A stretch of 64,000 bases of DNA from Octopus sinensis (lineage: Eukaryota), in assembly GCF_006345805.1 (NCBI RefSeq), contig NC_042999.1, forward strand, positions 23,374,001 to 23,438,000. The letters are read 5' to 3'. Under the pieces are notes generated by a model. That model made no database searches and was not told the origin of the DNA. It worked only from the letters and a program-made list of their open reading frames with translations. Positions 11,240 to 24,131 of this stretch are shown here, in pieces (position 1 is the first letter of the stretch; each line of letters opens with the position of its first letter). A program made the translations under genes and the position numbers.

Positions 11240-11840
11240 AGAATAACATTACCCAGTGTTCAACTGGTACTTATTTATCGACCCCGAAAAGAAAAAAAGG
11301 CAAAGTCGACCTTGGCGGAATTTGAACTCGGAACCAAAAAGACGAACGGAATGCCACTAAGCATTTTGCCCAACGTGCTAGCGATTCTTTCAGCTCACTA
11401 CCTTGACGAAGAAAATAATTATTTCTTCTCTAGGCGCAAGGCCGTAAAAAGTTTTTTGGGAAAGGGGGCTAGTCGATTACATCGACCCCAGTGCGTAACT
11501 GGTACTTATTTCCTCGACCCCGAAAGGATGAAAAGCAAAGTCGATCGCCGCGGAATTTGAACTCAGAATATAAAGACAGACGAAATATCGCTAAGCATTT
11601 TGCCCGGCGTGCTAACGATTCTTATTTCTTTATTGCCCACAAGGGGCTAAACATAGAGGGGACAAACAAGGACAGACAAAGGGATTAGGTCGATTACATC
11701 TACCCCAGGGCGTGACAGGTACTTAATTTATCAGCCCCGAAAGGATGAAAGGCAAAGTCGAACTCGGAACGTAACGGCAGACGAAATACTGCTAAGCATT
11801 ATCGCCCGGCGAGCTAAGGATTCTGCCAGCTCGCCACCTT
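11240..11840 (-). mobile_element. Cluster of three family A SINE copies
   Basis: gaccccgaaaggatgaaaggcaaagtcgac repeated at about 11280, 11520 and 11740. Confidence 0.85.
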
Positions 11841-12075
11841 AACGAAGAAAATAATAATGTTTAGAGTATATATTAGGTTTTGATGCTAACAGCAAGAGAA
11901 ATAGCAGGTAAATTGATATTAGTATAAGGAGCATCATAAAGTTGATTAAAAAAACTTGAGTGAATTCAAACGCTACAAGTAATTATGTTCGGTTAATATG
12001 GGAAGTAACTCCAGGCAGTAGGGGAGACAACTTTTGACATACTAAAAGAGATCCGCACGTTCGCGTCTACACACA

Positions 12076-12470
12076 TCTTTATATATAAAAGTAAGGTTGT
12101 GTGTCTGTCTCCTACGATTTAGATTCCTAACTACTCCCACATTTTGCGGTGCAGTTTAACCAAAACCGGGTATCTTATAGTCGTGATTCATATCGAGCCC
12201 TTCTGGGTATTAGCGCGCGTCTACGATGAGTCTACGATTTAAAGAATAATTTACCATCATTTTTTTCCATTTTAATGCATATTTTTTTTAATATAAGGGA
12301 AGTAACTCTCTAAAAATGTCTATGATGAGTCGACGATTTAAAAAAAAATTTACCATCATATTTTTTCCATTTTTAATGCATTTTTTTGCTATCTTTTGGC
12401 TATAACTCTCTAAAAATGCTTTATAGTTATTTCCCTTACAAACCCGAGCAACGCCGGGCGATACTGCTAG
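12076..12470 (+). mobile_element. Non-autonomous Helitron
   Basis: A|TC 5' end, subterminal hairpin cccgagcaacgccggg, and CTAG|T 3' end. No TSD. Confidence 0.85.
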
Positions 12471-12699
12471 TTACGTATAAAATACATGCATGCGTATGTA
12501 CGTATATATCAGAATAAACCTTTCAATTTGTAGTTAATTTAGAAAATGTAATACTTCATTATTATCCACACTGATGCACCAGAGCTTACTGTGACATCAT
12601 TTGGGTAAATAGACAAGTATGTTAGTAGTGAGGTAGGTAAGAAGGTAAATAGATGAATACAGACAAACAATAACTCTGAGCACCTTTTCAAACTCCACC

Positions 12700-13090
12700 T
12701 CGTACAAACAATAACTCTGAGCACCTTTTCAAACTCCACCCATCTAACACCCGTGGACATATTTACAAAGTAAGAAAACAGCACAGCTCCCATGACTTCA
12801 GGAAACATTTTTTCACGCCGAGAGTTGCTGAAGCATGGAACAAACTGCCGGCATCAGTTGTTAGTTGTCGGAGCACTGCATCCTTCAAGACTTCCATGCT
12901 TCCTGAGATTCGCCAACACTACACTTGATTTTCTCCCCTCCATACACACACAAACATGTATCTGACTCATACTTTGTTCGCTTTCCAGACATTTGTACAT
13001 TACTGCATGTGCTTTATATGCACTTTCTGACAAGTTGTGGTGCACCTGAGCACTGTATACAATAATTTCATTATTATTATTTTTATTATT
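12700..13090 (+). mobile_element. CR1-group LINE 3' end, same family as 10850-11212 and inverted relative to it
   Basis: cgtggacat..tacaaagtaagaaaacagcacagctcccatgacttc...gaagcatggaacaaactgcc, with an (ATT)n tail. Confidence 0.85.
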
Positions 13091-13257
13091 AGACATAGGT
13101 GTGTGTGTGTTGGTGAGTGTGTGCGCGCGCACGTTTGTTTTTATGTCCAAGTTCGACGAAGGCAAGCAGGCTGACACTTCGGAGTCACTGTCACCTCTCT
13201 TGGTGTAAAACGTGTATGCGCGTGCATATGGCTATATATATGCGTGTGTGTATGTGT

Positions 13258-13297
<40 letters not shown>

Positions 13298-13698
13298 GCG
13301 AAGGCGTATGACTCAGTGGTTAAGGTGTTGCATTCACGATTACGAGATCGTGGGTTCGATTCCCAGACCAGGCGTTGCGTTGTATTCTTGAGCGAAGCAC
13401 TTCAATTCTTGTTGCTCTGCGATCACTTCGGCATCTGACATGTGGCACCCCGTTGCACCTGTACAGGTAATGTCAATTTGATGGAGAGAGTGAGCTTATG
13501 TCTACACAAATATTTGATCACTATAAACGAATCATCTGTGTGGTTTTTCGGTAAGAAATTTAATTCTTTATTAGCCACTAGGGCCCAACACAGAGCGACA
13601 ATAGAGGACAGACAAGAACAATTAGGGGTCTACAACAGGGTTAAATGGACGAATGGAAGAACAATACGAAAAGAAATAACAAAATAAAAATTAGACAT

Positions 13699-14035
13699 GG
13701 CGTAATGATGAGACAACAAGATGAGGACAAATATCCGTCAAATGTAAATAATATACATAATTCCTCATCTCTTAAATACCTATTTCTTTACTACCCACAA
13801 GGGGCTAAACACAGAGGGGACAAACAAGGACAGACAAAGGGATTAAGTCGATTACATCGACCCCCAGTGCGTAACTGGTATTAAATTTATCGACCCTGAA
13901 AGGATGAAAGGCAAAGTCGACCTCGGCAGAATTTGAACTCGGAACGTAATGACAGACGAAATACGGCAACACATTTCGCCCGGCGTGCTAACGTTTCGCC
14001 CAGCTCGCCGCCTTCATCTCTTAAATATAGAACTG
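13699..14035 (+). mobile_element. Internally deleted copy of the 58.6-59.1 kb element, interrupted by a family A SINE (13779-14013, - strand)
   Basis: Begins ggcgtaatg and joins directly to acaacaagatgaggacaaatatccgtc...cataattcctcatctcttaaata. 14-bp TSD tcatctcttaaata at 13765-13778 and 14014-14027. Confidence 0.75.
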
Positions 14036-14036
14036 G

Positions 14037-14111
14037 ATTCATTCTAGTATGTCTGGGGTGGCATGAGTTGTAGGGTAGATATTGCTTGGAGTCTGTGGGC
14101 TTATAGAACAT
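14037..14111 (-). pseudogene. Penelope-like RT fragment
   Basis: FYKPTDSKQYLPYNSCHPRH resembles the Penelope RT thumb motif (Y.KPT....YL...S.HP.H). Confidence 0.7.
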
Positions 14112-14159
14112 GTCAGTTTCTACTTTGCTGTAGGATTTCTTAATGAGGATCTCGAGGAA

Positions 14160-15735
14160 TGGAAGTTGTTGATGGCTATATAGATTCCATTAACTGCCAG
14201 GGGGTTATGTTAGAGTTAGTGGATAGCTTCCGTTATCTAGGTGACCAAGTTAGTAGCAGAGGTCGATGCTCCGAGAGCGTAGCTGCGAGAATAAGATTAG
14301 GCTGGGAAAAGTTCAGAGAGCTCATTTCTTCTGGCGAGAAAGAACCTCTGTCTCAGAGTGAAAGGCAGATTTTATGATACCTGTATGCGAACAGCTATGC
14401 TACATAGCAGTAAAACATTAGCTGTGACAGCCGAGGACATGCGTAGGCTTGAAAGAAATGAAACCAGTATGTTTCGCTGGATGTGCAATGTCAGTGTGCA
14501 TGTTCGACAGTGTGTAAGCATCTTGAGAGAAAAGTTAGGCATAAGAGGCATCAGATGTGGTGTGCAAGAGAGACGACCGCGCTGCTATGGTCATGGGATG
14601 CGTATGGATGAGGACAGCTGTGTAAAGAAGTGCCGATGTCTAACTGTGGAGAGACCCTGGGAAAGTGGGAGACCCAGGAAGATATGGAACGAAGCGGTGA
14701 AGTATGATCTTCTAACTTTGGGCCTCACAGAGGCAATGACTTGTGACCGAGACCTCTGGCGATGTGTTGTGCTTGAGAAGACCCGTCAAGCCAAGTGAAA
14801 TCGTAGTCGTGGCTGATGCTGGAGCCACGCAACTGGCACCCGTGCCAGTGGAACGTAAGAAGCACCTCTCGAGCATTGGGCCTCACGGAGGCAAAGTGGC
14901 TGAGCTCCTTTCGAGTGTTGGGCCTCACGTAGGTAATGACCGAGATCTTTAGCATTATGTCATGCTTGAGAAGAAAACCCATCAAGCCGAGCAAAATCGC
15001 AGTCGTGGCAGATACCTATTTCTTTACTACCCACAAGGGGCTAAACACAGAGAGGACAAACAAGGACAGACAAACGGATTAAGTCGATTATATCGACCCC
15101 AGTGCGTAACTGGTACTTATTTAATCGTTACAGGCGGCGAGCTGGCAGAAACATTAGCAGCCGGGTGAAATGCGTAGCCGTATTTCGTCTGCCGTTACGT
15201 TCTGAGTTCAAATTCCGCCGAGGTTGACTTTGCCTTTCATCCTTTCGGGGTCGATAAATTAAGTACCAGTTACGCACTGGGGTCAATGTAATCGACTTAA
15301 TCAGTTTGTCTGTCCTTGTTTGTCCTCTCTGTGTTTAGCCCCTTGTGGGTAGTAAAGAAATAGGTACTTATTTAATCGACCCCAAAAGGATAAAGGCAAA
15401 GTCGACTTCGGCGGAATTTGAACTCAGAACGTAACGGCAGACGAAATACGGCTACGTATTTCGCCCGGCGTGTTAACGTTTCGGCCAGCTCGCCGCCTTT
15501 AAGTCGTGGCAGATACCGGCGTCACGCAAATGGTATCTGTGCCGGTGGTACGTAAAAGCAACCATTACACTCTCGGAGTGGTTGGTGTTAGGAAGGACAT
15601 CCAGCCATAGAAACCATGCCAAATCAGACCGCAGTCTGCTGCAGCCTTCCAGCTTGCCAGCTCTGGTCAAACCGTCCAATCCATGCCAGCATGGACAACA
15701 GACGGTAAATGACGATGATGATGATGATGATGATG
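14160..15735 (+). mobile_element. Degenerate RTE-clade LINE 3' part with nested family A SINEs (15017-15501)
   Basis: DSFRYLG..., CMRTAMLHSS..., GRPRKIW motifs and a (GAT)n tail. 16-bp TSD agtcgtggcagatacc at 15001-15016 and 15502-15517. Inner TSD ggtacttatttaatcg at 15112-15127 and 15363-15378. Confidence 0.85.
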
Positions 15736-15771
15736 ATAACAATAATAATATATATATATATATATATATCA

Positions 15772-16612
15772 GTCGCCATGATAGATTGTTAGCCACTACA
15801 CACATTTTTTCTCTCCTTTTTTCTCTCCTTGTTTTTTCTGTGTCCCTTTCTGTAGAAGAGCGTGGGCTCGAAACGTAAAAGACTTTTTCTATTCCTGAGC
15901 GTTATACTAATACATCTGTTTGTTTTGTACACCACCTGTCTTCGTCTTTTTTTTTCGTAAACTCTCCCTATATATATATATATATATAGTCACAAACATA
16001 TATACGCGCGCACGAATTTCTTCGTAAGTGTAGGGAAAATGTGTATTTTGAAAGGAAATGAAATATAAATAAAAAAAAAACTTCTTTATCCCCTTCGTAT
16101 TTTTTGTAACTGCGATAAGTACACGTTGGAAAAGGGCCAGTAGCTCCCTTCGGAGGGCCGCTAGTGACTCGAGACCACTTCCATTGCTTTCGTCGTGGCA
16201 TATTACACAAGAATTAGGTTTTAGTTTTTAGAAAGATGCTGTGATCTTTCTTGCTATAAATTGACAGACTGACACAAACACACATACACAGACACATTCA
16301 TCTCTATTATATAGATATATTCTCTGTACATTTTCAACTTCATTTCTTCTGTTTCTCCATTTGTTTGGGTTAATAACAATTTATATATGTAAATATATAT
16401 GTGTGTGACCGCGTGTGTACCGTTGGCGATTTTTTTTCCCTCTGTCTTCCCTTCTCTGGATCTTTCCTTCTCTCCTATGTTTCCGACGAAGAGCTCCGCT
16501 CGAAACGTTAAACCCTCCTTCTTTCCTTCTTTCCTGAGCGTCCAATAATACTATATTTGTTCCACGTCCTCGTGCTGTTGTGTTTTTTTGTGCTTTCTTG
16601 TTTGGATTAACT
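15772..16612 (+). mobile_element. Two Penelope-like 3' terminal segments (15772-15968 and about 16410-16612) with hammerhead-like motifs
   Basis: gaagagc...gctcgaaacgt...cctgagcg...ctaatac motif, homologous to 62800-63020, which follows a GIY-YIG ORF end. Confidence 0.65.
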
Positions 16613-16639
16613 TTATATATATATATATATATATATAGG

Positions 16640-17485
16640 TTTCAGGCCTTGTGCTATCAGCATGCAAAGCTAAATGCAATACCCAATAAATACACTGGAC
16701 CCGGAGGGATTGCAATCCCAGAGGCATAGTCAGTGCGAGACCTAGTTATTTACATGAGCAATGATGCAACCTTTCATGTGCATGTTGTTAAATTGGCAAT
16801 GAAATGTAGGCGGCTGACCGGATGGATTCTTAGAGCTTTTAGAACAAGAGACCAAGAAACCATGATGGTCTTCTGGAGGACACTTGTCCTAAGCCACTTT
16901 GACTATTGCTCTCAGCTATGGTTACCAACCAGTGTCAAATTAATTTCAGAACTTGAGGCAATCCAACGAAGCTACACGAAGAAGATAGCCTCTATGCAGC
17001 ATATAAGCTATTGGGAAAGACTCAAGACATTAAGACTCTATTCCTTAGAGCGTAGGCGAGAAAGATATGCTATAATATACATCTGGAAGATCCTGGAAGG
17101 ACTTATCCCAAACTTTTGGCATCGAGAGTTACACAAATACTAGAACTGGGCGCCACTGCATAGTGCCAAGGACTCCAAATTTGTCATCAAGATACTGCAA
17201 TAGCCTGGGCTTCAGAGGTCCACAGCTCTTCAATATGCTCCCGAAGAACCTGAGAGACCTGCATGGGGTGGATGTAGGTGTCTTCAAAATAAAGCTGGAC
17301 CTCTTCCTGTCAGGTGTCCCAGATGAACTAACTTCGCGGCAGGAGGTGCAGATGAGGGCAGCTGCATCAAACTCTCTCATGCACCAAATGTCAGTTGCTA
17401 AAAAGCATTCGCGAAGTAAAATTATGTAGCAACATCAAATGGCGGTGCCCCAGCATGGCCACAGCCCGTGAGCTGAAACTATATG
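16640..17485 (+). mobile_element. L2/CR1-group LINE 3' portion (frameshifted)
   Basis: LVLSHFDYCSQLW..., WERLKTLRLYSLERRRERY..., PQLFNMLPKNLRDL motifs. Related relics at 31385-31880 (+), 51345-51750 (-) and 55625-56045 (-). Confidence 0.85.
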
Positions 17486-17749
17486 AAAAAATATATATAT
17501 ATATACACACACTCACGTGTATGTGTGTGTGAGTAAATCTATCTGTCTGTCTAGTTATCTCTTTCTCTCTTTCCTTATCCCCGCGCCTCCCTCTTCTCTC
17601 TCTGCCCGCCCCCCTCTCTCTCTCTCTCTATATATATAATATATAAAAGAAAGATGGACAAGAGAGAGAGAGGGAGGAGAAAAACTGTTAGAAGAAAAAG
17701 AAGCGTGATATCTAGAGACAATGACTGAAAAGTGTTGGAGGAAGCACCC

Positions 17750-17826
17750 TACCACCACCACCACCACCAGTAGTAGTAGTAGTAGTAGTAGTAGTAGTTA
17801 TAATAATGATAATAATAATAATAATG

Positions 17827-17888
<62 letters not shown>

Positions 17889-17990
17889 AAGAAGAAGAAG
17901 AAGAAGAAGAAAAGGAAAAAGAAGAAGAAAAGGAAGAAGAAGAAAACAACAACAACAGCAACACAAACAACAACAACAATAACTTGCATA
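17750..17990. repeat. Compound trinucleotide microsatellite (ACC/AGT/AAT/AAG/AAC)
   Basis: Directly visible. It explains the homopolymer-like ORFs in this region. Confidence 0.95.
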
Positions 17991-18559
17991 ATTGAACGTT
18001 GCTGTCAAAAGAATAAGCGAGAAACATATCTTGGGTATTTTGGCAAAGATAACCTTGTCTAAAGCAGAACAATACTTCATTTAACATTGACAATTGTAAT
18101 CTAAGCATATAACAAGGACACCAGTAATAACATTAATAGCAAAAACAATAACATTGAGTGAGGTAGAGGCAATGAGTTTAACGTATGATAAACCACTTGC
18201 ATGTTCGGAATGCAGTCCTGAATAAGGTGGAGTTAGGAATGTCGTCGACGTTAGAGTGGCGGATTTTGTTAATCGCAAAATCGGTTGTTCAACGAACGAC
18301 CACTAATTTAAATGGAGGCTTGACTATCGTCTTAAAAAAAATAACAGCTACATGAGTAACGACGAGCGAAAAAAAACAACAACAACAGCAAGGAGGAGGA
18401 GAAGAAGAAGAAGAAAAAAAGAAAAAGAAAACAAAAGAAAAGAAAGAAAAAGAAAAATAAAAAGAAAAAAGAAGAAGGAGGAGGAGGAGGAGGAGGAGGA
18501 GGAGGAGGAGGAGGAGGAATAATAATAATAATAATAATATTAATAATGATAATAATGAT

Positions 18560-20900
18560 GTCATTCAGAACCCAGAGCAAATACTTGCTTGGCTGACTGA
18601 AGGAACCACCTACCTATTACCTAAAACCGAAGACACAAAAAACCCAAAGAATTACCGGCCAATAACATGTCTCAACACCACCTACAAAATCCTCACATCC
18701 ATAATAACGGAGAGAATGTACGCTTTCCTTGAACAAAATTATATCCTTCCACAAGCTCAAAAAGGTTGTAAAAGAAACTCTTATGGGTGCAAAGACCAAT
18801 TGCTCATAAACAGAATGATTGTAGAGAATTGCCGGAGCAAAAACAAAAACCTGAGTATGGCATGGATAGACTACAGGAAAGCGTATGACAGTGTCCCACA
18901 TAAATGGATACTCAAGGCCCTTGAGATATACAAGATCTCTCCTGTCGTCTCAAAATTCTTAGATAATAGCATGACCATGTGGAACACACGTCTCTTTCTA
19001 AGCCATAGTAATGGGATGAGCCAGTCCAACAGCATCAACATCAAACGAGGCATCTTTCAAGGTGACTCCCTCTCTCCATTACTTTTTTGCATGGCACTGA
19101 TCCCACTCTCAAACGAATTGGATAGTACCAGATACGGGTACAAAGTTTTTAGTAAGTTAATAAACCACCTTTTCTATATGGACGACCTAAAGCTGTTTGC
19201 CAGGAATGACCAAGAGCTAGAAGGGCTGCTAACAACTGTTAAAGAGTTTAGCAATGATATCGGGATGGATTTTGGCCTTGATAAGTGTGCTAAAGCAACT
19301 TTTGTAAGAGGCAAGCTCAGGCAAACAGCTTCTGTTAAATTAGATATTGACACTACCATCAAGGAACTTGACCCACAGGAAAGTTACAAATACCTAGGAA
19401 TCAACGAAGGAGATGGTATACATCATGCTACTATGAAGGAAAAAATAAGAAAGGAATACTATAGGAGAATAAGGCTTGTACTAAAGACTGAACTCAACTC
19501 CAAAAATTGCATTGAGGCCATTAACACCCTGGCACTTCCAGTAGTCCAGTACAGTTTTAACATCATTAACTGGAACCTTACGGAACTCCAACGCTTGGAC
19601 AGGAAGACAAGAAAGTTACTGACATCCAAGAGCATGCACCACCCTAAGGCAGATGTAGACCGCTTGTACCTACCTAGAAGCAGCGGGGGGAGAGGAATGA
19701 TGCAATTAGAGCTGTGCTATAAGACCTCTACTGTAGGAATGAACAGGTACCTATCTAGTACAAAGGACTGGATGCTGCGACTTGTGTGCGAACACGAAAG
19801 CAGCAAAAAGCTACATTCTATTGTCAAGGAAGCTTATAAGTTCGAAAGGGAACTAGACATTAACCTTGAATCAGATGAAGAGCCGGAAACCACTGCTACC
19901 AAGCAAGCAAAGCGAATCAAGCAGACTGTAAAAAAGAACGGGCAGAATCAAATTGAGAGGCGGTGGAGCCAGAAGCCCCTGCATGGACAATATATTCTTC
20001 GAAGCCAAAATCCTGATGTAGACCAAGCAACAACCCATCAGTGGCTGAAGAGCTCTGGATTGAAAGCAGAGACTGAAGGTTTCATAATGGCAGCACAAGA
20101 TCAAAGCTTGTTTACCAGAAATTACCAGGCTAACGTTCTCCGAAACGGTACTGACCCTAAATGCAGATTCTGCGACACATTTGACGAAACGATAGACCAT
20201 CTCGTTTCGGGATGTCCTGTGCTGACACCAAACGAATACAAAAATCGCCACGATAGGGTAGGACAGTATATACATTGGAAGATATGTAAACACTACAAAT
20301 CCGACACTCCTGCTAACTTGTATGAACACCATCCTCAGCCAGTTGTTGAAGGTAAAGATGTCACCATCCTCTGGGATTTTCCAGTCAACACTGACAGAAC
20401 GATCAAGGCTAATCGACCAGACATAATTGTTAAAGACAGGGAAGAAAATACCTGCAGACTAATAGAAGTAAGCGTCCCCACTGATAAAAATGTATCTGTC
20501 AAGGAATTTGACAAACTTAGTAAATATAAGGACCTGGAAATCGAAATACAGAGGATGTGGAATCTTAAAACAAAAACTGTTCCTGTTATTGTAGGTGCCC
20601 TAGGTATGATAAAAAAGGGATGTCAGAAACACATAGACAATATCCCTGGAAAACCATGTCTCAAGGAAATCCAAAAGATTGTGCTAACAAGTACTGCCCA
20701 CATCCTTAGAAAAACCCTATCAATGTAAATGTTTGTGTTTGCATTAAATGGAGATATATCTCTACTTCCCCTCCCCAAGCTTTCAGCTATATTTCAACAA
20801 CTCTTAACCTTCACTTGCCCTAGGGCGCTGGGTGTGCCCCGGCAAGTGATTGCATCAAACATGCAGATTAAAAGTAAATGACAATGATAATAATAATAAT
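18560..20900 (+). mobile_element. 5'-truncated R4/Dong-clade non-LTR retrotransposon (RT, CCHC finger, restriction-like endonuclease)
   Basis: Stop-free frame 18560-20728, extending 52 codons upstream of the ATG at 18716 (KNYRPITCL). GIFQGDSLSP, YMDDLKL, CRFC..ETIDHLVSGC, RHD, RPDI and KLSKYKDL motifs. 3' UTR hairpin 20812-20848. (TAA)n on both sides. Confidence 0.93.
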
Positions 20901-20967
20901 AATATAACTTAAAAAAAAAATGAACGAACTATTGAGTTTGGTTTAATGGCCTACCAATGTATACTAT

Positions 20968-21196
<229 letters not shown>

Positions 21197-21268
21197 CAAC
21201 ACTACAATTTGTGATGCCTGTTTCGAATATCGTCCTGGATAAGATGGACTTAGTAATATCTACATTAC

Positions 21269-21648
21269 GACGACGCAGTGGTGATCTCATTCTCGCTCAC
21301 AACATCATAAGCGAAAAGTGTAACCTCTCGAAAGAGCTGTTCTTCACTCCTGCTCCAGAACGTGGGCTGCGGGGTCATTCAGAAAAGCTCTATCTACGAC
21401 GATTTCATCCCAATCGAAGGAGAGGGGCTTTCTCCGTCCGGGTTGCGGATCCGTGGAATAAGCTGCCGGACGAAATAGTGAAGATGCCGACGACCTCTCG
21501 GTTCAAAGTCTCTCTTGACAAGAAATGGCCTGAACTCTTTGTATGGCCACCCTCCCTGTACATAACTCCCTGTCCCCCTACATGGCCTTGCTTTTACTTT
21601 TTGAGCTAATAAAAATTGAATTGAATTGAACTGAATTGAATTGAATTA
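21269..21648 (+). mobile_element. CR1 LINE 3' end with a (TTGAA)n tail
   Basis: RRRSGDLIL...RGLRGHSEKL...FSVRVADPWNKLP motif. Confidence 0.9.
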
Positions 21649-21848
21649 GAGTGGTGGATTTGTTAATCGCAAAATCAGTTGTTCAAACGACCACTAATTT
21701 AAATGGAGGCTTGACTATCGTCCTAAAAAACAACTACATGAGCAATGACGAGGAAAAAAAAAAACAGCAAATAGAAGAAGAAGAATAAATTCAACACTAT
21801 AATTTGAGATGTTTGTTTCGAATATCGTCCTGGATAAGATGGAGTTTG

Positions 21849-22263
21849 GGATCTTTTCGGTTTGAACGGCAGTTTTTTAAAAATAATTTCCGCGTAACTA
21901 AACACTTTTAAACTTCGTATACTGGTAGAATGTGTTTATAAAACATCTTTTTCTCTTGGCTTTATTGAGAAAATTCTATAGTTTGTAAGATATTTGTTGT
22001 TGTTTTTTTCTTCAATTTCTGCAATTTCAACCAATCACTGACGTCTATTGAGGTAAAAAAACACATTCTGTGCCGTATGAATATGTCCCTCGTTTAAGAA
22101 ACAGATTGGGTTTATTTACATTTGTGAAGAAAAAAAGATACCCTAACTAACCCTAACCCTAAAACAGATTGAAATGCAATAGATCGATTCTAGGGTCATA
22201 ATTATGGGTGACAATTTCATATGACACCGCTAGAAAAAACTGCCGTTCAAACCGAAAAGATCC
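21849..22263. mobile_element. MITE with 30-bp perfect TIRs
   Basis: ggatcttttcggtttgaacggcagtttttt and its exact reverse complement, with an internal ccctaa repeat. A related interior lies at 33050-33480. Confidence 0.9.
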
Positions 22264-22485
22264 AAAAAACAAGAAGAAGAAGAAGAATAAAAACAACACT
22301 ACAATTTGAGATGCTTGTTTCGAATGTCGTCCTGGATAAGATTGTCTACATTAGGGTGGTGGATTTTGTTAATCGCAAAATCGGTTGTTCAAAAGACCCC
22401 TAATTTAAATGGAAGCTTGACTACGGGCCTAAAAAAACAAAAACAAACAAAAAAACATGAGCAACGGCGATAACAACAGCAGCAG

Positions 22486-22855
22486 TGGAGGCGCAATGGC
22501 CCAATGGTTAGACCAGCGAACTCGCGGTCGGAGGATCGCGGTTTCGATTCCCAGACCGGGCGTTGTGTGTGTTTATTGAGCGAAAACACCTAAAGCTCCA
22601 CGAGGCTCCGACAGGGGGTGGTGGCGACCCCTGTTGTACTCTTTCGCTTCGACTTTCTCTCACTCTTTCTTCCTGTTTCTTATCCCCGACTTCCTACGCA
22701 ACCACTGAGCCTGGATGCACATTCATCCATCCGTCGATGCTCTCGGTGTCGGGGGTTGACCTGCTTTCTCTTCTGCAGGTCTTACGAATAGCAAAGGACC
22801 ACGTTTCGGACTTCTCCCACTCTGGGACGAAGTCTGCTTCGCTCAACAGCAGCAG
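22486..22855 (+). mobile_element. tRNA SINE with head 1 and a third, different tail
   Basis: The first ~195 bp match 9551. The sequence then diverges completely and ends in (CAG)n. Confidence 0.75.
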
Positions 22856-23086
22856 CAAGAACAATGATAATAATAAATACAGCACAATTTGAGATGCTTG
22901 TTAGGAGTGTCGTCTTGAATAAGGTGAAGATATGTATGGGTCAACATGCAATTTACTGTAGTAAAGAAAGTGAAAGTAAATTGTCCTGATAAAAATGAAA
23001 GTAAATTGCGACAGAAACCACGACTTTATGACTGAGAGCCCAGTTGCCTAACGATTAGGATACGCGCATTCTTAGCAGAGCGGTTG

Positions 23087-24131
23087 TACGAGGGAAAGTC
23101 AAAAATTATCCGCACTTTCGTCATGACATATCTTTATTGTTGTCACACTGCCTTCTGCGCATGCGTGCTTATAGTTGGTATAATTGTGGTCACGTGATCG
23201 AAGTTCGAGCCGGTCGCGCTATTTTTCTTTCTGGCTTTACAGTGTAAGCATGGCCGTTCCACTAGCAATGTGCAACAAAGAAGAACAAAGAGTAGTGATC
23301 CGATTTTTCTGGTCGGAAGGTGTGTGTCAGGTGCTGGAATTCATCGGAGGCTTTTAGCATAATATGAAGACAGTGAACTACCTATTTCTTTATTACCCAC
23401 AAGGAGCTAAACATAGAGGGGACAAACAAGGACAGACATAGGTATTAAGTCGATTACATCGACCCCCAGTGTGTAACTGGTACTTAATTTATCGATCCCG
23501 AAAGGATGAAAGGCAAAGTCAACCTCGGCGGAATTTGAACTCACAACGTAACGACAAGCGAAAAACCTATTTCTTTATTACCCACAAGGGGCTAAACACA
23601 GAGAGGACAAACAAGGACAGACACACGGATTAAGTCGATTATATCGATCCCAGTGCGTAACTGGTATTTGTTTAATCGACCCCGAAAGGATGAAAGGCAA
23701 AGTCAACCTCAGCGGAATTTGAACTCAGAACGTAACGGCGTGCTAACGTATCTGCCAGCTCGCCGCCTTCAGTGAACTACCGCGTAGAAGTGTGTATGGG
23801 TGGATCGAAAATTTTAAAAGTGGCCGGACAAGCGTGACGCACGAGGAGGGAGCAGGGCACCCGTAAACCTCCACCGCTGACGAGAAGATTCAGCAAGTTC
23901 GAGTTCACCATTACCATCTCTCGGATCACTGTTCTTTGTTCTTCTTTGGCGTACATTGCAAGTCGAGCGGCCATGCTTATATTGTAAAACCTGACAGAAA
24001 AAATGGTGCGATCAGGCTCAAACTTCGATCACGTGATCACGGTAGTACCAACTATAAGCACGCATGCGCAGAAGGCAGTGCGACAATAATAAAGATATGG
24101 AGAGAGTGCGGATAATTTTTGACTTCTCCAT
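23087..24131. mobile_element. Fold-back mariner derivative (two transposase 5' ends in inverted orientation) with a nested family A SINE dimer at 23383-23769
   Basis: TIR-like gtcaaaaattatccgcact at both ends. EEQR.VIR and W...FKSGRTS...GHP HTH motifs. 12-bp TSD cagtgaactacc at 23371-23382 and 23770-23781. Confidence 0.8.

Noticed and set aside
17712-18108. Poly-K/N/S/L ORFs
   Set aside because: These are trinucleotide microsatellite read-throughs. The same applies to the YI/HT/CV-repeat ORFs at 25.3-26, 31.9-32.6, 48.5-49.2, 50.7-51.1 and 61.5-62 kb.
22790-22855. - strand stem followed by GAAACGT in the SINE tail (hammerhead-like)
   Set aside because: There is no correctly spaced CUGANGA core, and the would-be cleavage base is G.
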